Below are positions 1 to 11,570 of a DNA stretch of 64,000 nucleotides, piece by piece (position 1 is the stretch's first letter; each line of letters starts with the position of its first letter). This DNA is from Mobula hypostoma (taxonomy: Eukaryota): the NCBI RefSeq assembly GCF_963921235.1, contig NC_086108.1:25296001-25360000 (forward strand), written 5' to 3'. Position numbers and translations under genes: made by a program. Under the pieces are notes generated by a model. That model did not search any database. It saw nothing but the letters and a program-made list of their open reading frames with translations, and had not been told where the DNA came from.

Positions 1-546
1 CTTGCAAGCTTCTTGAAATTAATGAGCTAGAGATGAAAGCCCAGAGTATATCTCACAATTTCAGGGCACTGTTGAATATACTTGGAAAAATAATGTGTAA
101 ATTACAATGATACTATAGTCATGCTTTTGGCTGGAGTTATCCACTGAAGCTGTTTTTTTTTTAAGTTATTCATCTTTCAGGATCTGGGCACATTTGCCAA
201 GGCCTGTATCGACATATCATTCTACTTACCAACTTCTTATAGAGATTTTTGGGTTTAGGTCATTTACATTTAGCAAATGGATTTGGCTACCAGTCTTCTG
301 TTCCTTGACAACGTACTGTGGATTTAATTTGGAACAATGCATTCCTAAGAGCTGTGAATCCCAGTCCAGACGATGCTGGTGTCTGTGGGATGGATGCAAA
401 TCAGAAGGTGTGAAGTTTGTATGTAGTTTCAAAAGAAAGCACTGTCTATACTTTGTAAATATGAAATTGTCCTTTGTGTTTAGTACATAAATATCGAGCC
501 CCGCCTTGGGCCAGCAGACCTTTCCACCGAAAGTGTCTCCATATGA

Positions 547-1722
547 TACCCCTTACCTTAAAGCCGTGTCCTCTTGTATTGAGCAGTGGTGCCCTGGGGA
601 AGAGGCACTGGCTGTCCACTCTATCTATTCCTCTTATTATCTTGTACACCTCTATCATGTCTCCTGCCATCCTCCTCCTCTCCAAAGAGTAAAGCCCTCA
701 CTCCTTTAATCTCTGATCATAAGGCTTACTCTCTAAACCAGGCAGCATCCTGGTAAATCTCCTCTGTACCCTTTCCAATGCTTCCACATCCTTCCTATAG
801 TGACGCGACCAGAACTGGACACAATACTCCAAGTGTGGCCTAACCAGAGTTTTACAGAGCTGCATCATTACCTCGCGACTCTTAAACTCTATCCCTCGAC
901 ATATGAAAGCTAACACCCCATAAGCTTTCTTAGCTACCCTATCTACCTGTGAGGCAACTTTCAGGGATCTGTGGACATGTACCCCCAGATCCCTATGCTC
1001 CTCCACACTACCAAGCATCCTGCCATTTACTTTGTACTCTGCCTTGGAGTTTGTCCTTCCAAAGTGTACCACCTCACACTTCTCCGGGTTGAACTCCATC
1101 TGCCACTTTTCAGCCCACTTCTGCATCCTATCAATGTCTCTCTGCAATCTTTGACAATCCTCTACACTATCTACAACACCACCAACCTTTGTGTCATCTG
1201 CAAACTTGCCAACCCACCCTTCTACCCCCACATCCAGGTCACTAATAAAAATCATGAAAAGTAGAGGTTCCAGAACTGATCCTTGTGGGATACCACTAGT
1301 CACAACCCTCCAATCTGAATGTACTCCCTCCACCACAACCCTCTACCTTCTGCAGGCAAGCCAATTCTGAATCCACCTGGCCAAACTTCCCTGGATCCCA
1401 TGCCTTCTGACTTTCTGAATAAGCCTACAGTGTGGAATCTTGTCAAATGCCTTACTAAAATCCATATAGATCACATCTACTGCACTACCCTCATCTATAT
1501 GCCTGGTCACCTCCTCAAAGAACTCTATCAGGAGTGTTAGACACGATCTGCCCTTCACAATGCCATGCTGACTGTCCCTGATCAGATCATGATTCTCTAA
1601 ATGCCTATAGATCCTATCTCTAAGAATCTTTTCCAACAGCTTTCCCACCACAGACGTAAGGCTCACAGGTCTATAATTACCCAGACTATCCCCACTATCT
1701 TTTTTGAACAAGGGGACAACAT
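547..1722 (-). mobile_element. CR1-clade LINE fragment (ORF2 reverse transcriptase), truncated at both ends
   Basis: ORFs 1343-1711 and 698-1336 are in one frame, split by a single stop. Motifs NYRPVSLTSVVGK, DFSKAFD, PQGSVL, FADD, RPHLEYCVQFW. Confidence 0.93.
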
Positions 1723-2030
1723 AGAGTGGATAGTTGGTATCTTATTCTTTGGGTAGAAACGTGTAATACTAGAGAGCAAGCATTTAAGGTGAAAGGGAAT
1801 AAGTTCAAATGTAATGAGTGGAGCAAGTTTTTTTTTAAACACAGAGTGTTGGGTACTGTAGAGTGTGATGGTGGAAGCAGATACCAAAGAGGTGGGCAGG
1901 CACACAAATATGCAGAGGTTGGAGGGATTTGGGCCATATTCAAGTGGAAGAGATTTAGCAGCATCGGCTTAATTCATTTGGCATAATATTGTGAGGCATA
2001 TGACCTGTTCCTGTACTGATCTGCTCCGTG
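1723..2030 (+). mobile_element. Old degenerate CR1 3' end
   Basis: TRE.AFKVKG.KF...FF..RV-like remnant followed by a CR1-like 3' UTR. Confidence 0.6.
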
Positions 2031-2199
2031 TTCAATGTAACAGACAGACTGAAAAACAATGCTGCATAACCTGCCTTTTATTAAAGCTGCCAGGTACTTC
2101 AGCATAAACAACAAATTGACCATGACCATAAACTTGGGCATAGGAAGCTGTTTAAGGCCTTCAAAGTTATCCACTTCTCCTCGGCCCCCACACGAACAA

Positions 2200-2345
2200 G
2201 CTCAGTGGAGTCCAGATGAAGCGTCTCGGCCTGAAACGTCAACTGTTTACTCTTTTCCATAGATGCTGCCTGGCCTGCTGAGTTCCTCCAGCATTTTGTG
2301 TGTGTTGCTTGCATTTCCAGCATCTGCAGATTTTCTTTTGTTTGT
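2200..2345 (+). mobile_element. Penelope-like element pLTR fragment with mutated hammerhead core
   Basis: agtcCAGATGAagcgtctcggcctGAAACGTCaact followed by gatgctgcctggcctgctgagttcctccagca, the same motif as the other pLTR copies in the window. Confidence 0.7.
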
Positions 2346-2693
2346 CAGCGGAGTTCTTCCCTGTGTTGACCTCGCTGTGAAGGTGGGCAATTTGCAGCTC
2401 TCCTGAACTCCATGCTGGTGGCATTACCAGCAGTGCTGGCTACCCAGTCATGTTCTCTAAGCTGCACAATGAATTACAAGATAGGTTGGAGCTCAAGGTC
2501 ATCACCCCTTTGGGAGGTTTAGTCATGACTTCAATAATCAACAGTTAGCACAGGCATGAACAAAAACCCCTTACGTTACTTGCTCTGCCTTTGAGTTGTT
2601 GGAGGCTAGCTTGGGATGGCCGATGTGTTGTAAAATCCGAAGAAGCAGATACCTCAGTATTATAAATTGAGCAAAAGAGAGACTCCTCCAAGA

Positions 2694-3375
2694 GGACCAC
2701 ACCTTGTCATAGTGGTTGGAGGCTTATATGCCTCAATGACCCAGACAGCAATGTTGGCTGGAGTCAGGGCCTTGTGCTTTGGTTCTTGGTAGGGTCACCT
2801 ATGCCAAACAGGTCGAAATGTAGAATAAGGCCAGAATAAGAGTGGTCCACCGGTCCTCCAGGTTCAGGGCTTCAGCTCAGGGCTAACAACCCTGACTGGT
2901 CAAAAAATTGATACATAAATAGCACTGAAGGAAAAAGGACCTAGTGCTTTCTCAGTGTGTATGATGAATAAACTCTTCTTGGGCTTCCAGCCGAGTACAG
3001 GTATCAATTTTAACTGATGTTTTGATGACAAACTCAGCCATCTTCATCAGGGATGATGCCTGGGCATGTCTAATCCAGTGGTATTTATACCCCTGTTATC
3101 TGTCTCTCCAGCTCTAAGTAAGAACTGGAATTCAAATGTAAACAAGGTGGGACAGTGGAAACCTAATTAGATGAGGAATAACCAGTTAGGAGGAATGGGC
3201 AACTGGGGTATAAGTACTACCAGACTAGACGTGCCCAGGCATCATTGCTGATCATCGAAATGTCAGTTAAAATCGATATCTGTACTTGGATGGAAGCCTG
3301 AGAATAATTTATTCAGCAATGAATAAAACCTTCATTGCTGCCCTAAATGCCAGTGGTGTCACAAGCAGTTACAAC
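2694..3375 (+). mobile_element. Non-autonomous RTE-derived element (5' UTR joined to a 3' end), interrupted by a foldback insert
   Basis: caccttgtcatagtggttggaggc...agggtcacc...ggtcctccaggtt...gggctaacaaccc resembles RTE/BovB 5' UTRs (from recall). ccttcattgctgccctaaatgccag resembles an RTE 3' end. Confidence 0.55.
2965..3315. repeat. Foldback element with ~110-130 bp inverted arms (second Penelope-like family)
   Basis: Arm 2965-3093 is the reverse complement of arm 3205-3315, with substitutions and a ~20-nt deletion in the right arm. The minus strand of the left arm reads cCTGATGAagatggctgagtttgtcatcAAAAcatc. Confidence 0.8.
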
Positions 3376-3977
3376 TAACTGCTGAAAAAGGCCCTATTAA
3401 GCAACACAATTTTAAAAAAAAGTGTTCAGAATCAGAGACCAGTTGGAAATTTGGAACTCCGATGTGAATAAAAAAACTGTTCAGGAATGTCAAAAAGGAA
3501 TGTCAAAAAGGAGGGGTTGGCACAACATTGTGGGCCAAAGGGCCTGTACTGTGCTGTACTATTCTATGTTCTATGTTCTATGTTCTTTGTTCTTGAATGC
3601 ATTGGTATAACAGGAAAAAAGAGGATAAGGTATTAAAAATACACTATTTCTGGATGTAGTTTGAAAATTAAATGTGAGGTGCTGTCAAACATTATATTCA
3701 GAAAATGCACAATAAAAGGGTGATCACAAATTATATATTTCAAGACCTGAAGCTAACATTCAGCTGCTGGCTACAAAGTTCAAAGTAAATAAAATTCTTG
3801 GGCTGGATTAAAGAGTTTTGGAGAATTCAACAAAAATATACTCACAAAACTAAAAAGGTAAAGATTAGAGATTCACTTGAAATGTAAGTGGTGATATCAC
3901 ATTAATCAACATCCATCAAAGGATATCCAACAAGATTGAATCTGGTTGACAAAGCATCTGTCTATCATTTGATAGTG

Positions 3978-4270
3978 GGCAGCACGATAGCATAGCAGTT
4001 AATGCATGGCTTTACAGTTGTAGCTTTCATCGATCAGGGTTCAATTCACACTGCTGCCTGTAAGGAGTTTGTATGTATTCATTGTGACCATGTGCTCCAG
4101 TTTCCTCCCACATTCCAAAGATGCATGATTAGAGTTTGTGAGTTATGGGCATGCCATGGTGCTGGAAGAGTGGTAACTCTTGCCCAGTACAATCTTCAGT
4201 GATTTGAATCGTCGCAAATGTTGCATTTCAGTGTGTGGTTCAATGTACACGTGACAAATAAATATAATCT
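3978..4270 (+). mobile_element. tRNA-derived SINE (HE1-like)
   Basis: A-box-like tagcatagcagtt, B-box-like ggttcaattc, body ctgtaaggagtttgtatg, tail aataaatataatcttt. Confidence 0.7.
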
Positions 4271-4926
4271 TTAACCTGTACCTTTAATCTATCTTTTTGT
4301 ATGAAATACATATTAGCAAGCAGACAACATTAATTTTTTTGAATTTCTTGATTTTTTTCCCCCCAAACCTCTTGCTTTCCAGTTACGTTATCCAGGCCAT
4401 GTGTAAACCATGCATAAATCCATCATGAAGAATCCAGTCCAAGTCAGCATAAATTTAGCTAACCAAAGACATTAACTCAGCAAGAAGATCAGAAATACTG
4501 CTGCCATTTTTATTGTGTATTCAACACCTGAAACTGAATTAGTTCCATATGTTGAGAAGGAATGGAAAATAATCTCATCCATTGAGTTGTGTTGCTCTGA
4601 AGTCCAATTGTTAATTTAACACCTCTTAAACACCGTTTTGCCCAAGGCAAACTTGATGCCTTTCTTAACAGCATTAAAAAATACATTTTCCATGTTAAAA
4701 TCTTTCTCTGTCTCAAGGAGAAAGTACTAAAACAATTTTTTTTTTGAAGAACTACACCTGAACTAGATCTTTAATCTCTACTTTATTTGTTCTTTATGAC
4801 AGGGTTACACTTGCAAAATGCTTGAACTAAACATATTTAAGTGTTTCCTTCAATTAATGCAAATGTGTTTTTCAACAAACGACTTTACTATAAAGGAGAA
4901 AATGCAAACTGGTTTTGTTATTCTCT

Positions 4927-6077
4927 AACAAGAGAATATCTGCCGATGCTGGAAATCCAAGCAGCACACGCAGACTGCTGGGGAAACTCAGCAGGCCAGG
5001 CAGCATCTATGGAAAACAGTGCAGTTGACGTTTCGGGATGAGACCAATCAGCAGGACTGGAGAAAAAAAGCTGAAGAGTAGATATAAAAGCTGGGGGAGG
5101 GGAGAGAGAAACACAATGTGATGGGTGAAACTTGAAGGACAAGGGATGAAGTAAAGAGCTTGGAAGTTGATTGGTGAAGGAGGTATAGGGCTGGAGAAGG
5201 GGCGTCTGATAGAAGACAGAAGACCATGGAAGAAAGAAAAGGGGGTGGAGTGCCAGAGGGAGGTGATGGGCAGGCAAGGAGATAAACTGAAAGAGGGAAA
5301 AGGGAATAGGGAATGATGAAGCCGGGGGGCATTACCAGAAGTTTGATAAATCGACGTTCATGCCATTAGGTTGGAGGCTACCCAGACGGAATATATGGTG
5401 TTGTTCCTCCAACCCAAATGTGGCCTCATCACAGCAGTGGAGGAGGCCATGAATAAACATATGGGAATGGGAAGAGGAATTAAAATGGGTGGTCACTGGG
5501 AGAAACCACTTTTTCCACCAGTAAAAGCAGGATCTCCCAGTGTCATTCCACTTCCATTCCCATTCTGATATGTCGATCCATGGCCTCCTCCACTGCTGTG
5601 ATGAGGCCACACTCAGGTTGGAGGAACAATACCTTATATTTTGTCTGCGTAGCTTCTAACCTGATGGCATGAACATCAATTTCCCAAACTTCAAACTTCC
5701 GGTAATGTCCCCCACCACCCCCCCCAACATCTTCAGCATTCCCCATCCCCTTTTCCCTCTCTCACCTTATATCCTTGCCTGCCCATCGCCTCTGTCTGTT
5801 CCTCCCCCTTTTTCTTTCTTCGATAGCCTTCTGTCCTCTTCCATCAGCCCTGTACCTCCTTCAACAATCAACTTCCCAGCTCTTTAATTCATCCCCATCC
5901 CTTCAGGTTTCACCTGTCACCTTGTGTTTTTCTCTCTCTCCTCCCCCACCTTTTAAATCTACTCCTCAGCTTTTTTCCTCCAGTCCTGCCGAAGAATCCA
6001 GCCCGAATCATCAAATGTGCTCTTTTCCAGAGATGCTGCCTGGCCTGCTGAATTCCCCTAAAATTTTCTGTGTGTTG
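4927..6077. mobile_element. Penelope-like element: two inverted copies of the GIY-YIG C-terminus plus pLTR, with TSD
   Basis: Minus arm encodes HFNS..H..HGLLHC.DEA..LEEQH.IFRLGSLQPNGMN; the plus arm 5503-6077 is the same region. TSD TTTGTTATTCT at 4914-4924 and 6078-6088. Confidence 0.85.
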
Positions 6078-6924
6078 TTTGTTATTCTAAATTCAAGTTC
6101 AGTTTATTATCTGTTGACATGTATATCACCAAATGAAACTATGTTCCTTCGGACCAAGGTGCACAACATATCTCATCAAGTAATCAAGTAATATTACCAC
6201 ATCAAGTAGTTCACCACAAATAAATTAGCAAATAGTACGGTGCATATATAGTACTGTGTAAAAGTCTAAGTCACATATATATACCAAGAGTGGCTAAGAC
6301 TTTCGAACAGTACTGTACAATTCAAGTTAAAAAGTAAACAGTATAATGCTAATGCCATTTCATAAGTGATGACCTGGGTGGTGGCAGGGAGATTAGTAGC
6401 CTGGGGGAAGAAGCTGTTTCCCATCCTAACAGTCCTTGTTCTAAAGATATGGTACCTCCACGTAACTGATAATATTAACTTAACAATTAAAATTAATACT
6501 TCTATGCCTTCCATGCAAGAAATTCTTGCGCATGTAGCCAGATATGTAAATATACCAGAGAGCTGCTGTTGCAAGAAAATATGCATTTGAATTTGTTGAG
6601 TGCATCAGCTTTGTGCTTCAGAAGAATTGCAGGAATCTGCTTCTCATTTAGTAATTGCTGATGAAATGTTAATATTGTATTTTAAGATTCAACTAGAAAA
6701 TGACATTTCCTATGAGACTATGATTGTGGGTATTTTGAAACTAATTATATGTGACAGTCTCACTATTGTTGAAGCAATAAAAAAGTTTTGTCAACAATAA
6801 TCTTGATATTTAAAAGATGGCGATGTTTGCATCAGATGGGGCAAATGTTATGATTTGAAATAATAATAGTGTAGCAACAATTGTTCAATGAGAAATAAAG
6901 CAACTGTCTGAGCAGCATTGTGGT

Positions 6925-7510
6925 GCACACAGAGTAGATGTTATGTTGAAGTTGTACAAAGCATTGGAGGGGTCTAATTTGGAGTATTATGTGCAGTTTT
7001 GCTCAACTATCTACAGGAAAGATGTAAACACGGCTGAAAAAGTGCATAGAAACTTTGCAAGGATGTAGCCAGGCCTGGAGGACCTGAGTTACAAGGAAAG
7101 ATTGAATAGATTAGGACTGTATTCTTTAGAACGTAAAAGCTTGAGAGGAGATTTGATAGAGGTAAACAAAATTATAAGTGGTATATTTAGGGTAAATGCA
7201 AGCAGGCTTTTTCCACTGAGATTAGGTGGAACTATAACCAGAGATCATGGGTTAAGAGGGAAAGGTGAGAAAGTTAAGGGGAACATTAGGGGAAACTTCT
7301 TCACTCAGAGGGTTGTGAATGAGCTGCCAGCAGAAGTGTTCCATGCGAGCTCAGTTTCTATGTTTAAGAGGAATTTGGATAGGTACATGGATAGTAGGAG
7401 TATGGAGGACTATGGTCCCGGTGCGGGTTGATGGGAGTAGGCAGTTTAAATGGTTTCAGCATGGACTAGATGGACCCAAGTGCTCTGTTTTTGTACTGTA
7501 CTTCTCAAGG
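6925..7510 (+). mobile_element. CR1 LINE 3' fragment
   Basis: ORF 7102-7431 RLGLYSLER..LRGDLIEV.K...TRDHG...FFTQRVV, followed by a CR1 3' UTR. Confidence 0.88.
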
Positions 7511-9014
7511 ACTGTAATCATGCATAGACTTACGATTAGAAGACGCATGGAAAAAACGATCAGTTAGGGAGGATAGAAAAACACAATGTTCTGCAGTTTG
7601 TTGGTTAAAAAATGAATGTCACAGACTGTGATGTTGTGTCATTTAGACCACTAACAAAGTAAGATGGCTGCCAAGATAATTTGTCGTTACTGCTTTAATG
7701 AAGAATTACAAAGCTTTGATCCAGTATTGCAAAGAGCAAGTTAATGAATGTAACGATCTAATCAGCAACTACTGCCTGAAGATTTTTGACTAATCCACAA
7801 TATTGAGTAGTATTAACTGTTCATAATGATGTTTTAGAAGATCTGGCATCTTTTTGTAAATTCTTTCAGAAAAGCTGTTTGAATACAATTGAAGCACAGC
7901 ACTATGCAAAAGCAAACATTAATGTTACAGTCACAGTATCTTGGCAATACTGTCAATTGGAGTGAAAGTGAAAGATCTGCTTGCATCTATAAGTTCTGAT
8001 CCCAAGACAGCACCTATTATTCATTCAAATGCTTCTTGCTCAGAGCAATGGTTGGTCTACGCAGCTGTAAAAAAATATTAGGGAGAGCGTTACTCCTCTA
8101 TGCACTTGCCGAGCCCGTCCATTACAAGAGAAAGCCCACCTTATATTGGAGAGTAAGAGAAGGTAGAGTCTTGATTGTATTGACTTAGTACTTTTCTTTC
8201 TTGGGGTCTCCAGCGAGAAAAAAAACAATGATTGCAAATCAGAATGCAAGGCTATTTCTTCTCCTTCGGCTTAAGTCAAATTGTCCTATTTAAATACAGT
8301 TATTGACTCTTCAATTTTAGCTATCTTTTTTTTCTTCCCATGGGGAAATTGTTGTTTATCTCATCTTTTCATAAACAGCAATACTGAATGCTGGAGCTTA
8401 TTATGCAGGGAACCATTTTTGCTGATGTTTGTCTCATTGCAGCATACTTAGCTTTCATGAGAGTGACCCTAATGGAAGGCAATCATTGTAAGTGTTGCCT
8501 TCTACAAAAAAAGTTAATGGACAATACTGATTGCTCTTATCACAGCCAAACTGGGAAGGAAGTTTAAAATTACAAATTGCCTGGATAAATTATTTCCAAT
8601 CAACCTGGCTGCCAAGTGTAGGCTTGTTTAAGTGACCATAGCTTCAAATTCAACAGAAAAAAAGAGGAAAGAAAAGGAGATTTTTACTTATTTACAACCA
8701 TCCACAGATTAGATTCACAGAAGGGAAAACAAGAGCACTCAGTGGGTTTTATAGAAGGAAAGGTATTCTCTCCATAAAAGGGACTCTGCATCATAGAAAA
8801 TGCAGCGATGGGAATAGCTGAACCAGATGGACTTAACTTCATTAAACTGACCCAGGGATGTGCTTGAGATTGTATAACGCAGGAACTGCAAACTAGGCAG
8901 AGGAAGAACTACTGAGAAGACGAACGATGAAGATACTCTATCACTCAATTTCACACTCACAGCAACCACTGCAAGTCTTGCTTCAGTGTTTGATTTGGAG
9001 CAGAAAGTGGCGTT

Positions 9015-9597
9015 TGAATTGAATTGAATTTATTACTTACATCCTTCACATACATGAGTAAAAATCTTGACGGTATTTCTCCATTCAAATGTGTAAAGTG
9101 CAATTACAGTAATTTATAATAAATATTACGTACAACAGGATAGTCAATATAACATAGAAATACAGTTATGTCAGCATGAATTAATCAGTCTGATGGCCTG
9201 TTGGAGGAAGCTGTCCTGGAGCCTGTTGGTCCTGGCTTTTATGCTGCGGTACCATTTCCCAGATGGTAGTAGCTGGAACAGGTTGTGGTTGGGGTGACTT
9301 GAGTCTCCAATGATCCTTCGGGCCCTTTTTACACACCTGTCTTTGTATATGTCCTGAATAGTGGGAAGTTCACATCTACAGATGCGCTGGGCTGTCCGCA
9401 CAACTCTCTGCAGAGTCCTGCAATTGAGGGAGGCACAGTTCCCATACCAGGCAGTGCTACAGCCAGTATAGAAAGTTCTTAGAATTTGGGGGGCCATACC
9501 AAACTTCTTCAACCATCTGAAGTGTAAGAGGCGCTGTTGTGCCTTTTTCACTGCGCAGCCAGTATGTACAGACCATGTGAGATCACGTGACATCCCC
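9015..9597 (-). mobile_element. Rex1/Babar LINE 3' fragment
   Basis: DLTWSVHT..VKKAQQRL..LKKFG...LLPSGK.YRSIKARTNRLQDSF, with a (TTGAA)n tail at 9015. Confidence 0.85.
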
Positions 9598-9914
9598 CGT
9601 GATGCAACGCTGGCCTGGAAGATGAACGGGGCAAGGATAGTACTAGTACTTCTCATAAGAAAGGAAAGTTGAATCAGATTGCTGGTACACAAGTTCAATG
9701 AAGGCGATGTAGATGGAATTGCCTGTAGACAACAATTGATGGCAATGAGCAACTAAATGTACAGTGACTGTCAGAAATCAATGTGCAACATCAGGAAACA
9801 TGAACATGGATCAGAATATTATCCAGGTGTGACAATCCTTCCTTTCCAGCAGAGGAGTGATGGTTAACTCCATTCACCAGCATGTGAACTCTGTCGCTGA
9901 GTGTAAGGGAAATA

Positions 9915-10232
9915 CAGCACAGAAAAAGGCCCTTCAGCCCACCAAATCCATACCAGCCATTAACCACCTGTTGACATTAATCCTTCTCCCCCACTTCATA
10001 TCAACAACCGAACACCCTACTCGCCTATCCCCACACTCTGTCACTCATCTACATATTAAGGGCATTTTCCATAACCAATCAATCTTTTTGATGTGGGCTG
10101 AAATCAGAGAGCTCTCGGAAACGCACAGGTGACAAGCAGGATGTTCAAATTCCACACAGACAGCTCCTGAGGTCAGGTTTGAACCCGTCTCTGGTACCGG
10201 TGGGGAGTGACTTTATCGGCTGCACCGCTATG
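9915..10232 (-). mobile_element. Degenerate tRNA-derived SINE
   Basis: Minus strand gives tagcggtgcagccg...cgggttcaaacctgacctcaggagctgtctgtgtggaatttg and a LINE-like tail. Confidence 0.55.
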
Positions 10233-11239
10233 CTGCAGTGCCTGTGCCTGATGGTGCAAATTTCCCTGAGGCTCAGGAGGCTTTGTTGCCAGCAAAGAAT
10301 GGGCAGGCAGCAAAGAGGTATCCTTAAGATATGAGATTGCTTGTGATTGAAGTGTTCAAGGCTTGGTTGCTGATAATGTTGTTGCTTCACTGTGCAGCAG
10401 TTGAAGCTCAGATTGCTGTCATTCTAGGTCATTTTTAACCACACCAGCTCAGAAAGTTCTTATAAAGAGTGTGGTTTAGAATAAACAGAACTGTAACGTC
10501 CCAGCAGTTGATCCTCACAAAGGAACTGCACGAGGTCATGGCAAAGGCATTGTGGAACTTAGGTATACCACTTTTCACCAGGACAAATGCATTCTTCTCC
10601 TGCCACTGTCAGTCTGCCACTGCCTATCTGATAGCCTGAGCCTACCACCAAAAACTTTGAAGGCATGCGAGAGCTTCTGAACCCAGAGCTGCTTGGGGCT
10701 ATGCTCGAGGACTATCTACTCCACTTTCTATGCAGTTAACAGCCTTACAGTATCCACACAAGAGGCATAAGACAGACACTAAGAATAGGAAAGCACGTAG
10801 AAAAATTATTAGTGTGATAATTTGATTTCATACGCAATATGGGACCGTTCAGAAATTTTGAATAGAGTTTTCTTGCTTGCATTTACTTTTGTGTTTTGGC
10901 AGGCAACAAAGAAGTATCCATAAGATATGAGACTGTTGCTGAATGAATTCAAGGCTTAGCTGCTGATTTTGGTGTTGCTTCTCTGCGTCCCGTCCAAGGT
11001 GGAAGAGTCTGAGGGTTGCCTTCTCCTTGCCTCCTGCTCTTCTTCTTACCATGGCTCAAATCCTGACATTTAGCACTCCTGCCTCTGAGTCAGAGACCTA
11101 AGCATAGAAATCTGTGCTGACGTTGAAGTGCGGTACTGGGAGAGAGTCACGGTAACCAGGGAGAGACACTTAACCGATGTTTTAAGTTTAAGGTCACCGC
11201 TCCCTGCACACCCTGAGCAAGTAAAGCCTCCTCCTGAGA

Positions 11240-11570
11240 ATCACACACAAAATGCCGGCGGTACTCAGCAGGTCTCGCAGCGTCTATGGAAATGAACACA
11301 CTGTAGATGTTCCAGCCAAGGTCCTTCAGGATTGGAAAGGAAGGGGGAAGATGCCAGAGTAAAAAGGTGGGGGAGGGGAAGGAGGCTAGCTAGAAGATGA
11401 AGCCAGGTGAGTGGGAAAGCTAAAGGGCTAGAGAGGAGAGCGGACCATAGAGAAAGGGGACTGGGGGGGGGGGGGGTTAGTGATTGGCCAGTAGGTAGAG
11501 GTAAAGGGCCAGAGCGGGAAACAGAAAAGGAGTGGTGGGGGAGAATTTTCTTTCAGTTGGAAAAAATCCT
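11240..11570 (-). mobile_element. Penelope-like pLTR fragment
   Basis: cacacacaaaatgccggcggtactcagcagg...gtctatggaaa plus a purine-rich body like 4927-5330. Confidence 0.65.
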
